This document shows positions 1 through 9,289 of a stretch of 21,472 nucleotides of DNA, in pieces (position 1 is the stretch's first letter; the number at the start of each line of letters is the position of its first letter). A program made the translations under genes and the position numbers. The DNA is from an uncultured virus (IMG/VR IMGVR_UViG_3300031853_000016) (lineage: Duplodnaviria; Heunggongvirae; Uroviricota; Caudoviricetes): the IMG/VR virus record IMGVR_UViG_3300031853_000016; one strand, given 5' to 3'. The notes beneath the pieces were generated by a model. It had not been told where the DNA came from. It made no database searches and saw only the letters and a list, made by a program, of their open reading frames with translations.

Positions 1-1
1 C

Positions 2-376
2 TTCACGATTGACGTGGAAGAGCAGAAGCAGACTTCGGCAGCTCCCGACATTACTGCAATGATCGAACGTGAAAAGAAAAAGCTCTCACGTATTCGTGAG
101 GCTTACATGGCAGGTATTGACACACTCGAAGAATATCAGCAGAACAAGAAAATCGTACAGTCTCGCATCGATGAGCTGACTGCTGCTATACCTCCTGCTC
201 CTCTGAGCGAGGAAAAAATCAGAGAAACTATTTCGGGAAGGATCCAGGCAGGACTCCAGATACTTGAAGATGAGGACACAAGTGAGACACTGAAGAATAT
301 AACTCTCCGCAGCATAGTCGACAGAATCGTCTATATCAAGCCAAAAGGCATCATCGAGATTTTTTATAAACTGTAA
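2..376 (+). CDS. Large serine recombinase (integrase), C-terminal coiled-coil part; 5'-partial
   Basis: Frame is open from base 2. Motifs LSRIREAYMAGIDTLEEYQQNK and KNITLRSIVDRIVY...IEIFYK are typical of large serine recombinase C-termini. The gene lies next to the lysis cassette. Confidence 0.8.
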   Translation, partial: FTIDVEEQKQTSAAPDITAMIEREKKKLSRIREAYMAGIDTLEEYQQNKKIVQSRIDELTAAIPPAPLSEEKIRETISGRIQAGLQILEDEDTSETLKNITLRSIVDRIVYIKPKGIIEIFYKL

Positions 377-379
377 ATC

Positions 380-421
380 ATATCTTTCTGACATTTGGCG
401 GTCTTAACTCCACAAAGATAT
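380..421. other. Putative attP site of the serine integrase
   Basis: Inverted repeat ATATCTTT(380-387)-c-TG ... CA-c-AAAGATAT(414-421), symmetric about GG at 400-401, starting 4 bp after the integrase stop. Confidence 0.6.
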
Positions 422-423
422 AT

Positions 424-457
424 AAGAAAAAGCCTCCCCTTTTTGTAAGAGGAGGCT
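424..457 (-). terminator. Intrinsic terminator of the late/lysis operon
   Basis: - strand AGCCTCCTCTT-ACAAA-AAGGGGAGGCT followed by TTTTCTT, 7 bp after the endolysin stop. Confidence 0.8.
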
Positions 458-464
458 ACAAGCA

Positions 465-1169
465 TTAATCTATAAGTCCGCTGAATTCGTGGTCGGTTAT
501 GAGAGCATCGTCGAGGTACACCCTCAGGCGGTGCTTTTTTTCTTCCGCAGCTTTCCAGTTGTTGAGTTCCGCTGCCTTTATGATCTCAGGGTAATCCTCA
601 TACGCTTCGTTGAGGTCAACATCGCCTGCAATGCCGGGGACTGTCCCTGTGCTGCATTTCTGCCAGATGCCGTATTTCCCGGAATAAACAGGCTTAGTCA
701 CGCCGTAATGAGCTACCCACACGGCATATCTGTTCCGCACTTCCTCGCTCACGAGATTCCCCAGAGGATAGGCAGACATATAGAGACCTACAAAGTATCC
801 TGCTTTTTCGAGCACGTCGCAGAAAGCTTTTATGATAGCGCTCACCTTTTCTTTTCCGAGAGTGAGTGTGCGCTGTTCCTCGACATCGTAATAGACAGGG
901 TATTCGAGCTGATTGTATTTGAGTATATCGAGGCAAATTGCCGCCTCCTGACGTGCCTCGTCCTCGCTTGTAGCATACGAGTACCAATACGCTCCGCAAG
1001 GGATATTCGCAGCTTTACAGCCGAAATAATTTGCATCGAAGGTCTTGTCCTTCTGGGATGCCACTCTGCCGTAACCTGCACGGAGAATAGCAAACTCTAC
1101 CCCCGAAGCCCTGACAGTCTCCCAGTCGATCGTACCCTGCCACTCTGATACATCAATTCCTTTTTTCAT
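465..1169 (-). CDS. Endolysin, glycoside hydrolase family 25 (muramidase)
   Basis: GIDVSEWQGTIDW, FAILRAGYG, GAYWYSYA, PVYYDVE, VWVAHY and GDVDLN motifs. Follows the holin. Confidence 0.93.
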   Translation of the reverse strand: MKKGIDVSEWQGTIDWETVRASGVEFAILRAGYGRVASQKDKTFDANYFGCKAANIPCGAYWYSYATSEDEARQEAAICLDILKYNQLEYPVYYDVEEQRTLTLGKEKVSAIIKAFCDVLEKAGYFVGLYMSAYPLGNLVSEEVRNRYAVWVAHYGVTKPVYSGKYGIWQKCSTGTVPGIAGDVDLNEAYEDYPEIIKAAELNNWKAAEEKKHRLRVYLDDALITDHEFSGLID

Positions 1170-1548
1170 CGTCCTTTTCCTCCTTTACATTTTTGAGTCG
1201 TTTCAGCAGCGACGCGATCCAGCCTGCCGAATCCGGATTGATCTCCGCGTAGTTTTCGAGTATTGAGATCAGCTCCATGATAACTATATAGCCGAAGACG
1301 AGTATAGCGGTGACTGTACCCGTAACGCCTGCAAGCTCTGCGGCGCTGTAGTAGTGTCCGAGTGCCTTGATGCCTATCTCCAGACCGCAGGCTGTTGCCA
1401 TAACGATAAGCTCGCCGATCTTATTGAGTCCGCCCTTGCGCATCTTGGAGCTGCTGAGCGTACCCGTTATATATCCCTTGATGATACCTGTGATAAAGTC
1501 AGACAGGGCAAGTCCGAGGACTATAGTAAGCATTAGTATGTACTGCAT
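1153..1548 (-). CDS. Holin (Phage_holin_4_1-like)
   Basis: Three hydrophobic segments, DFITG...SSKMRKG..K and ELISILEN motifs, charged C-terminus, AGGAGGAG RBS, overlaps the lysin start. Confidence 0.88.
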   Translation of the reverse strand: MQYILMLTIVLGLALSDFITGIIKGYITGTLSSSKMRKGGLNKIGELIVMATACGLEIGIKALGHYYSAAELAGVTGTVTAILVFGYIVIMELISILENYAEINPDSAGWIASLLKRLKNVKEEKDDEKRN

Positions 1549-1558
1549 TTTCTCCTCC

Positions 1559-2287
1559 TTACGTGCCTGACTGTAAACTTAATATCATCTCATAAAGCTC
1601 CCTGTTGGTGGGTGCGTATGGCTGATAATCTGTAAATCCTGCATCATATGCGGCTTTCGGGATTATCATTGGTTTAAACACCACGTTATCCGCAGCTGTA
1701 TTGACATAGATTCGACAGTAATATGTATCTGTACCGTTTGCTGTAAACTCAAATCTTCCGTTCGTTGCTGTAGTTCCTGTCCACGTACTTGTATTTCTGA
1801 ATAATGTAACGTTAAGGATTGATGAAGATACTCCAGAACCGTCAAGAAGGACATAATCCCCCTGTGGGAGCTGTACTGCATCATTGATTGTAAGTGATAC
1901 AGATGATGAGGGCTTGCTGCCGTTGACAAGGATTGTATTGTCTGCATTCACAGTGAAATCAAGCGTGCTTACCGTCTGAGAAGTAACATTGACATTTATC
2001 CAGTTCTTTTTTCCGTTCATTTGTTCCAGTGCAGTAACGCCTGCCGTACTTGACGCCACTCTTGATTTTTCTGTGTCGGTATAGTCATTGGTGCTCAGCC
2101 CTTTCCCTTCCTCGGCATCGACCTTTTCGGTAAGCATTTCGTCGATCTCGGATTTGGTATATGTATCTCCGCCCACTCCCCCTGCAAAATTATCAATTTT
2201 GTCAAAGTTTTCGTTGAGATCAGCCACATCGACCGCATCATCCGGGCCCGGCTTGATGAGTGAAAGATTAGGTGTCCTTGTTGCCAT
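1559..2287 (-). CDS. Putative tail fibre / receptor-binding minor tail protein
   Basis: N-terminal TPNLSLIKP...DLNENFDKID and KVDAEEGKGLSTNDYT motifs, common in Firmicutes phage fibre proteins. Ser/Thr/Asn-rich beta-like C-terminal half. Last gene before the holin. Confidence 0.6.
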   Translation of the reverse strand: MATRTPNLSLIKPGPDDAVDVADLNENFDKIDNFAGGVGGDTYTKSEIDEMLTEKVDAEEGKGLSTNDYTDTEKSRVASSTAGVTALEQMNGKKNWINVNVTSQTVSTLDFTVNADNTILVNGSKPSSSVSLTINDAVQLPQGDYVLLDGSGVSSSILNVTLFRNTSTWTGTTATNGRFEFTANGTDTYYCRIYVNTAADNVVFKPMIIPKAAYDAGFTDYQPYAPTNRELYEMILSLQSGT

Positions 2288-4217
2288 ACTTTTTTACTTC
2301 CTTCCATGTGTATTTTTTCAGATCGCTCCACTTATAGGACGCAGCTCCTCGCCATGTGCTGAGCAGCCTGAGGTTCATGTCTTTCAATTCTGATTGCAGC
2401 ATATCCATTGTTCTGTCCTGTGGATCGTGGCCTGAGCTGACTGTGCTGCCCATGTATGACGGACGGCACAGACTTGCAGAGAGGTTTCCGAGAGTCATGC
2501 TGATAATGTCGCCTGTTATCTCGTTCTTTTCTACAGCTGTTATCTGCTGCACTGTTGATATATCCAGCTCGGGACAGTATATCGTTCCCCTGTCTCCGTA
2601 GTTGTAGTTCTGGAGGTCAAGGAAATCAGCATATCGAGGATCGTGCATCAGATTAGCGATCTTAAGTTCATATGTCACCTTCGGAGCGCACACCTGATTC
2701 CAGTACGCCATAGCGTCAGCTGCGAGGCGCTCCATTGAGCCCTCGAACCGATCATAGTTGAACTTCATCATTCTGCGCTTAGCGTGATGCACTGCCCATG
2801 CTGATGTGGGAGTATAAGACACCGCGAAGAAATTCCCGAAGTTGTCATAACAGTTCAGATTCGTGCAGAAATCCGTGTAGTCAACCTTCTGGCGTATCTC
2901 GACCATGTCGAGGCTGTACCTGAGATAAAAAGCGTCGTCCTTAGCAAACTGCATACGCTTGCAGACCGAGAAGTAAAAGTTATCCCTGTAGATCTCACCG
3001 CCGAAACGATTTATCATGCAGTTATCCACACCTGCTATAGCGCCCCAAAGCGTAACGTTCTCGTACTCGTCCACTCCTGCGATCTCGTCGCAGTCCGAAT
3101 AGCCCGTGAAGTCGTAAGGTTTATTATAGTAATCAAGCGGATTCCAGGGTACTTTTGCATTAAAAGCCCAGTTGATAAACTGCTGACCTGTACCGCCGTT
3201 GAAGATGCCGTGCTCGATTAGATCATCTGCCATATCTCCTGATATGTGCTTTGCATTGATTTTCATGGAACCACCCGAAGGACCTATATAAGGCTCCTGA
3301 GCATATATGCGGAAGAGCTGACCGTCAATCTTAAGGATATTCTGCACAAGCAGGAACTTCCATTTCCCCCAGTCGTCCAAAGGATGCACAAGCTCTATGT
3401 CCCACCTGTCCTTATCGTGATAGCTGGTACAGCTTATAGGATCCAGAATAGCAAGGCCGTTATGACGGAAACCGTTCTGCGGCTCGGAAATATCGTATAC
3501 CCTGATAACATGGTCACGCTCGAGGGGATCCATTTTGTATCGGGTAACATCAGGCAGCAGCTTATGCCACTGATAACCGTCGTCAGTCAGTCCGTCAACT
3601 CGCCAGACCGAGTCCGGCATAGAGGTAAGCATCGGCGGATCAGCTTCGGCAAGTCCGTCCTCGTGTCCGATGTTCTTATACTCTCCCTCGTCACTGAGGA
3701 AGTATGAAGTGTAGATATCAAGGTCTGCGGCAACAAGGAAGGTGTTCGTTCCTGCTCTGTCACGCGGAACGTCAGCATAGTCGTAGTAGAACTTACTGCC
3801 TGAACCCGAGATCATCAGTCGGAAGTGTGTTGCGTTCGGCATTACCGGAGTTACAGCAATGTCAGCCTCGTCTGTATCATCCGCTACCGTACACGTCAGT
3901 GTTGTCTGACCGAGGAACAGCACATTCTGTCCGTCTCTTGTATAGTACCAGCGCACCGCCTTAGTACCGCCATTCACATCTGTTATCTCTTCGCTGTAAG
4001 CCTGAGTCTGTGAATTGTAAGTGACCTTTGACTGCTGGATATTGCACTTCAGCTTAATCCCTGTTGCAGGCGTTTCCAGCGCTATGAGGTCGGAAAGCAG
4101 ATACGTATTGCTTTCTGTGATCGTCGCTCCGCTGACTCCGTATGTCTCATAGCTCCCTACCGATGCCGAGGCTCTCAGATTCTCCATAGGCGGCGTACTA
4201 TATGTGTGTGTATCCAT
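2268..4217 (-). CDS. Tail tip/hub protein (Tal-like, prophage tail endopeptidase family) with extra N-terminal domain
   Basis: Core begins near VIRVYD...FRHNGLAILDP and includes GQLFRIY, AKHISGD, RFGGEIYRDNF and GDRGTIYCPELDI. Lies downstream of Dit. Confidence 0.75.
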   Translation of the reverse strand: MDTHTYSTPPMENLRASASVGSYETYGVSGATITESNTYLLSDLIALETPATGIKLKCNIQQSKVTYNSQTQAYSEEITDVNGGTKAVRWYYTRDGQNVLFLGQTTLTCTVADDTDEADIAVTPVMPNATHFRLMISGSGSKFYYDYADVPRDRAGTNTFLVAADLDIYTSYFLSDEGEYKNIGHEDGLAEADPPMLTSMPDSVWRVDGLTDDGYQWHKLLPDVTRYKMDPLERDHVIRVYDISEPQNGFRHNGLAILDPISCTSYHDKDRWDIELVHPLDDWGKWKFLLVQNILKIDGQLFRIYAQEPYIGPSGGSMKINAKHISGDMADDLIEHGIFNGGTGQQFINWAFNAKVPWNPLDYYNKPYDFTGYSDCDEIAGVDEYENVTLWGAIAGVDNCMINRFGGEIYRDNFYFSVCKRMQFAKDDAFYLRYSLDMVEIRQKVDYTDFCTNLNCYDNFGNFFAVSYTPTSAWAVHHAKRRMMKFNYDRFEGSMERLAADAMAYWNQVCAPKVTYELKIANLMHDPRYADFLDLQNYNYGDRGTIYCPELDISTVQQITAVEKNEITGDIISMTLGNLSASLCRPSYMGSTVSSGHDPQDRTMDMLQSELKDMNLRLLSTWRGAASYKWSDLKKYTWKEVKKYGNKDT

Positions 4218-4228
4218 ATGCTCACCGC

Positions 4229-5146
4229 CTAATCAACAGCTTTATGCAGTGGGAATCCGGCAGCGAGGATCTCTTCCTGTTGCGTCCTGGACTGGGTTTC
4301 GTTAACGACGAGAACATGCTCGTCCCATGTCGCAATGTTCGGGCGGACTATGTCTCCCGTGTAGTCGCGGTCGATTTTCAGAGATATCCCGGAACCGTTA
4401 TATTTCACGCCCTTGTTCGTCTGTAGTCTTATGACGTTGAGTGCGCTTGCCGTTGTGCCTATTAAGAGCTTGCCATCTCCTGTGCCATCTCTCAGATATG
4501 TACCTGATACGATGCTGTTGTAGAGTGTGGTCATTCTGAACATATGCTCTGAATCGCTTGACACGGTGCTCTTATCTTGCACATCCATATGTAGTCTGCT
4601 ATGCTTGATATCGAATGAACCGTAATTAGACAGAGAACGTGTATATACAAATGACGTATTTGCTATACCATACACGTACGAGCCGAATTGATTAAGCGTT
4701 ACTTTTCTTCCGGGCGTTACAATGAAACTGTAGTTTTCAGCGCTGAATTCCAGCGATATTGTAACGTTGTCAAGTGCAGAATAGTCATTTGTAAAAATTC
4801 GGATAAACTCATGCTGGTTTGTATTCTGTGAATCATGTCTTGCGTTGGTTATTCGCAGATTCGACAGGCTTTGTGCAGCTTCTGAATAGCCGTTGCCGAG
4901 CTGAAAAGCTATTTGAGCTGTGCTGTAAAAGTTCCTCAACTCCCAACCGTTGAAGTCGATGATGCCTTTCATTGCTATGGTTTCTGTGAATCCTTGTGGA
5001 TTGATTTCGTTAAAGTCAACAACTTTATCCTCAGCATCGTCCCATACGATATACGTTGTGGAGCTTATGTTGCAGACTGTGAGAAAATCGTCCCAGTTAC
5101 CGACGATATACGGATCCATCTGTGTTCCTGAGCCTGTAGCAGCCAT
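4229..5146 (-). CDS. Putative tail-associated structural protein
   Basis: 305-aa ORF abutting Dit. N-terminal GSGTQMDPYIV motif (GSGT-x-x-DPY type); beta-rich composition. Confidence 0.6.
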   Translation of the reverse strand: MAATGSGTQMDPYIVGNWDDFLTVCNISSTTYIVWDDAEDKVVDFNEINPQGFTETIAMKGIIDFNGWELRNFYSTAQIAFQLGNGYSEAAQSLSNLRITNARHDSQNTNQHEFIRIFTNDYSALDNVTISLEFSAENYSFIVTPGRKVTLNQFGSYVYGIANTSFVYTRSLSNYGSFDIKHSRLHMDVQDKSTVSSDSEHMFRMTTLYNSIVSGTYLRDGTGDGKLLIGTTASALNVIRLQTNKGVKYNGSGISLKIDRDYTGDIVRPNIATWDEHVLVVNETQSRTQQEEILAAGFPLHKAVD

Positions 5147-5863
5147 TTATAACCACCTCTCTCTCACGTTGCAGACAACGTCAGAAGCGCTGCCGCTGTA
5201 CTTGATGTAGTTCTCCCCTGTTTTCAGCAGTGGGAAATCGTTGTATGTCATGTGCGTTATCGATATTTTCTCGTTATTATCGCCGAGATAGTATGCGACC
5301 TGTACCTCGCAGTCCACTATGATCGTCTTGCCTACCAGCTCGGATGGTACCTTTATCACGAACGACGCTCCGTTAACATCGATGCTGATGTCCCCGGCAC
5401 TCCTCGGCTTAAGCATTATCTCAGGCGCCGCGAATATCGTGCCGCCGTTACGGATTATCTCAAAGTCCTGTGTTATCACCTGCCCTGTCGGATTGACTGC
5501 GTAGGCGAAGGGCTGTGCAACTATACTGAGGACAATTTCTGACATCATCAAAGCAACAGGCTGCGGAGTTATAGGAGAGATGAACACATTCATATACTCG
5601 TGCGGTGCTGTAGATATTATCATCCTTCCGCGGCCGTTCAGAGTCTGATATATCAGTCTCATATTATCCTCAGTCGCATCCGTTATAACACCGTATACAG
5701 GGAACTCGGAGTTGTCATAAGTCTTCAGCTGCTGCATCAGCTTTGATATTGCACCAGATGTTTCCTCGTTTACTATCCTGCTCCAAGTAGGCCGTACAAT
5801 AGGTTTAGTTATCATTATTCCGAGATCATCGGAGGAGATCCCGTTAAAGGTGAAGCTGCTCAT
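5147..5863 (-). CDS. Distal tail protein (Dit)
   Basis: MSSFTFNGISSDDLGI start, AQPFAY, N.GT...P, FPLLKTGENYI and RERWL end. Directly follows the TMP. Confidence 0.85.
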   Translation of the reverse strand: MSSFTFNGISSDDLGIMITKPIVRPTWSRIVNEETSGAISKLMQQLKTYDNSEFPVYGVITDATEDNMRLIYQTLNGRGRMIISTAPHEYMNVFISPITPQPVALMMSEIVLSIVAQPFAYAVNPTGQVITQDFEIIRNGGTIFAAPEIMLKPRSAGDISIDVNGASFVIKVPSELVGKTIIVDCEVQVAYYLGDNNEKISITHMTYNDFPLLKTGENYIKYSGSASDVVCNVRERWL

Positions 5864-8800
5864 TATATCAACCCCATTCCTGCTTCATATACTTTTTCTG
5901 CATTCGCCAGTTCTTCGGCGAGCCTGTAGACATCATATCTGCTTGATACGTTCGCCTTGATGTTGTAATACTTGTTAATTACTGTATGGCCACCGCTCAG
6001 CTCGACAGGAGTATTCTTAGCTCTGCCTGTAAGCGGAGTGATACGGGCGGTTCCGTTATTGATGCTTATGAGTTCGGGACCTGCCTCCGCTACTATTCCC
6101 TGTCCTTCTCTGAGCGTACCGCCTTCTGCATATAAGCCGATGTGCCTGAACACATCTTCAAGCTGTCCGCCTATATATCTGCCTGCGAAGCCGCCGGAGT
6201 TCGATATCATATCAATACTGTCATGTATCTCTGCAATGTACCGTTCAGCTGTGTCTCTGGTCATGGAACCAAGGACTTCACCCATTGATATACCTGTCGC
6301 CTCGCAGAAGTCCATAAGCGCCTGAGTATCAAAACCGTCTATCTGAGACAGCTCATTGACTATTCCTGTGCTGAGGAGCTCGCCTGCACTGATGCCGCCT
6401 TCCTTTGCCTGCCGTGTAATATCGTCAACAGTAGACTTAAAGGTCTTTTTCGCATTTCTGTCTCCGAGCTCAATATTGTTTTCATACTCTTTTTCTGCAC
6501 TTCTTACAGCATCAATAAAGCTCTTTTTCAGATCTTCGGTATTACCTTTAGCATTGAGCAGAGCAGCATATTCCAGGTCTCCGATATGCGAGAGCATCAT
6601 CTGCACGTTATAGTAGTTGTTATTGCACATCTGCTCGACAGCAGATTCATAGTTTTCAACGATAGATTGATTGTCCCTGAACTCTTCCTTCAAGGTTTCT
6701 ATAGCTTTTTCAGTTTCAGCTATGTTCTGCTCAGCTGCGATCAGGCGCTGAAGATCCTCCTGAGTCATAAATCGAGCCCATGCATCATAGTTCGCCGATG
6801 TAAACTCACCGAGCGCCGCAGTACTCTTATGCTCGGCATAGGCATTCTGCACCGCCTTTTGCCTCAGCAGTTCGATGTCGCTTCTGTTCTTAGCCGCATT
6901 ATGCTTCAATTGCTCTAATTCAGCGTTTGCCTGACCGGTTCTCAACAGAGCCTGATCATATACATCGTTATAGGCATTAAGCATTGATTCCGCTCTCTTT
7001 TTCTGAATAACATCATCGATACTTTGCTTAAGTTCACCGTATTTCTGTATCTGACCGTCAATATACTCTATCTCAATACCTGTAGCCTCAGAAAGCTCCC
7101 CGACTATATACTCAACTCTGTCCTCATATCCGCTTTTGACTTTACCGTTAGTGTCTACAAGTGTTCTCAGCTCATCATACAGTATCTTGGTCTGATCGAT
7201 AAGCTGTTTATCCGAAAGGATCTGCTTGTCAGCGTTATCTTTCATATCAGCCATAACCGATATGTTATTGTTGAGCTCGTCAGTCAGCCTGTTGGTCTCG
7301 GCAGCAGCTTCCTCAAACACTTTTTCAAGGTGTGCTTCCTCGATTCTTTTAGATGCTGTTACAAATGCAACAGCTATACCGGGAACGCCCCACGAAATGT
7401 ATTTTATTATTTCGGAAACAACTATAGACAGATCTTTTCCTTTTTCAATGATGTCAGGCAGATTTTTCAACACATACTTAACTGCTTCGGCACCCTTTTT
7501 CAGTACCGGTTCAAGAGCTCTCCCGACCTTCGGGACCTGCTCTGTCGCATACTGGACTACATCACGCAACACAGGCTGCAAGCCTTTGGATAGCTGTATC
7601 TTTGCGCCGTCCACAGCAGATTGGAATTTTGTAATATCACCTGCAAGATTATCCTGCATTGTTTCAGCCATGTTCTGAGCTGCTCCGTCGCAGTTCTTTA
7701 TAGCACCGGAGAGCTTTTCCACATCGGCAGGAGCTGCATTAACAAGAGCCAGGAAGCCTGACATTGCATTCTTGCCGACAAGAGTCTCAGCCTCATTAGC
7801 TTTTTCGGACTCTGTAAGTCCTTCAAATGCATCCCTTGTATCAGCAATGATATCAGCAAAGCTTCTCATCGTTCCGTCAGCGTTCTGCGTCTTGATAGTG
7901 ACGTCGCCTATCTTTTCACCTGATATAGTAAAATCGTTTGTCAGGTTGCTCATGATAGTTCTGAGCGCTGTACCTGCCTGCGATGCCTTGATTCCGCTGT
8001 TTGCCATAAGTCCGATAGCAAGAGCAGTATCTTCGGCAGTGTAGCCTAAAGCACCTGCTATAGGTGCTGCATACTTAAACGTCTCGCCCATCATGCTGAC
8101 ATTAGTATTTGCGTTTGACGACGCTGCCGCAAGCACATCGGCGAAGTGTCCTGCGTCCCCGGCTTTAAGTCCGAAGGCAGTAAGGGCATCGGTAACGATA
8201 TCCGATGTAATACCGAGATCCTCTCCCGAAGCTGCCGCAAGTCCGAGGATACCGTCTATACCGCTGAGCATATCCTCAGTCTTCCAGCCTGCCATTGCCA
8301 TGTAGTTGAAAGCTTCCGCGGACTGTTCTGCTGTGAACTTTGTAGCCGAGCCCATTTCTATAGCTTTCTCTCTCAGCTGGTCTACTTCTTCAGCAGATGC
8401 CTGAGAGATAGCAGCGACCTGACCTATAGCGGCATCGAATGCGGCGCCTGTCCCGATCACGTCCGTAGTCAGTTCCTTAAACTCACGGGCGGCAAAACGT
8501 ATGCCGTCGGTCACAAGGTTGGCAAGCACGCCTTTCATGACAGTAAAACCGCCATTTGATGCACGTTCTGCCTGTACACCTGCCTCCTCGGTCTCTCTGC
8601 CGAGCTCATCTACGTCATCAGCTGCGGAATCGGATGCATGCCCAAGTTCCCAGAGCTTATCATTCGCAGAGGATAACTGATTCTCATACTTTTTTACTTC
8701 AGCTCTTGTGTATTCAATTTCACGCTGAAAGACTCTGTACTGTTCTTCATTGATTGTCTTATCTGCAAGCTGCTGCTTAACTTGTGACTGTGCTTCGAGC

Positions 8801-9027
8801 AGCGTACCAAGCTTTTTTTTGCTTTCTTCAAGGGCAGTGTTTATAAGCTTCTGCTTCTGCTCCCAGAGGACAGCAGAATCACCGCTTGCTCTGATAGTCT
8901 TATCTACTTCTTTCAGCTCGGACTGCGCTCTTTTCGTGGCAGTTTCCATGCCCTTTAATGCGCTGTCCAGTCCGACGGTATCAGCTCCGATCTGTATGGT
9001 CAGGCCTTTTATTATCTTATTTGCCAT
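5863..9027 (-). CDS. Tail tape measure protein (TP901-like core)
   Basis: 1054 aa, helical and Ala-rich. IKGLTIQIGADT start, TKFTAEQSAEAFNYMAMAGW, ANTNVSMMGETFKY, and C-terminal YAEGG...VAEAGPELI. Confidence 0.96.
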   Translation of the reverse strand: MANKIIKGLTIQIGADTVGLDSALKGMETATKRAQSELKEVDKTIRASGDSAVLWEQKQKLINTALEESKKKLGTLLEAQSQVKQQLADKTINEEQYRVFQREIEYTRAEVKKYENQLSSANDKLWELGHASDSAADDVDELGRETEEAGVQAERASNGGFTVMKGVLANLVTDGIRFAAREFKELTTDVIGTGAAFDAAIGQVAAISQASAEEVDQLREKAIEMGSATKFTAEQSAEAFNYMAMAGWKTEDMLSGIDGILGLAAASGEDLGITSDIVTDALTAFGLKAGDAGHFADVLAAASSNANTNVSMMGETFKYAAPIAGALGYTAEDTALAIGLMANSGIKASQAGTALRTIMSNLTNDFTISGEKIGDVTIKTQNADGTMRSFADIIADTRDAFEGLTESEKANEAETLVGKNAMSGFLALVNAAPADVEKLSGAIKNCDGAAQNMAETMQDNLAGDITKFQSAVDGAKIQLSKGLQPVLRDVVQYATEQVPKVGRALEPVLKKGAEAVKYVLKNLPDIIEKGKDLSIVVSEIIKYISWGVPGIAVAFVTASKRIEEAHLEKVFEEAAAETNRLTDELNNNISVMADMKDNADKQILSDKQLIDQTKILYDELRTLVDTNGKVKSGYEDRVEYIVGELSEATGIEIEYIDGQIQKYGELKQSIDDVIQKKRAESMLNAYNDVYDQALLRTGQANAELEQLKHNAAKNRSDIELLRQKAVQNAYAEHKSTAALGEFTSANYDAWARFMTQEDLQRLIAAEQNIAETEKAIETLKEEFRDNQSIVENYESAVEQMCNNNYYNVQMMLSHIGDLEYAALLNAKGNTEDLKKSFIDAVRSAEKEYENNIELGDRNAKKTFKSTVDDITRQAKEGGISAGELLSTGIVNELSQIDGFDTQALMDFCEATGISMGEVLGSMTRDTAERYIAEIHDSIDMISNSGGFAGRYIGGQLEDVFRHIGLYAEGGTLREGQGIVAEAGPELISINNGTARITPLTGRAKNTPVELSGGHTVINKYYNIKANVSSRYDVYRLAEELANAEKVYEAGMGLI

Positions 9028-9289
9028 TTTTACCTCCGAACTTGTTTCTCAGCGCTTCTCTGTCAGGCTCAGTCTGGCTGTAGCAATATGCATTTTCAAG
9101 GTATTCACGTCCTGATTCGCTTTTCTGACAGTTCCATACCACTGCATCGTGGATATATCCGAAGTAGTCAAGGATACCGATGCCGTCTATTTCAACAAAA
9201 GTAAGTCCTGTATAGTCGGATACGACCTTTCTGTAGTAGCTGTTATTCTGATAATGTGCCTTACTTCCTTCCTCAGGATAGTAAGGCAT
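9017..9289 (-). CDS. Tail assembly chaperone, second (gpT-like) segment; probably made as a -1 frameshift fusion
   Basis: Lies immediately before the TMP, has no clear GGAGG RBS of its own, and is reachable by a -1 slip at CCCAAAC. Confidence 0.7.
   Translation of the reverse strand: MPYYPEEGSKAHYQNNSYYRKVVSDYTGLTFVEIDGIGILDYFGYIHDAVVWNCQKSESGREYLENAYCYSQTEPDREALRNKFGGKNGK

Noticed and set aside
1530..1548. Possible holin dual start (Met1 and Met6)
   Set aside because: There is no Lys/Arg between the two Met residues and only one suitably spaced RBS, so it does not fit the lambda S105/S107 pattern.
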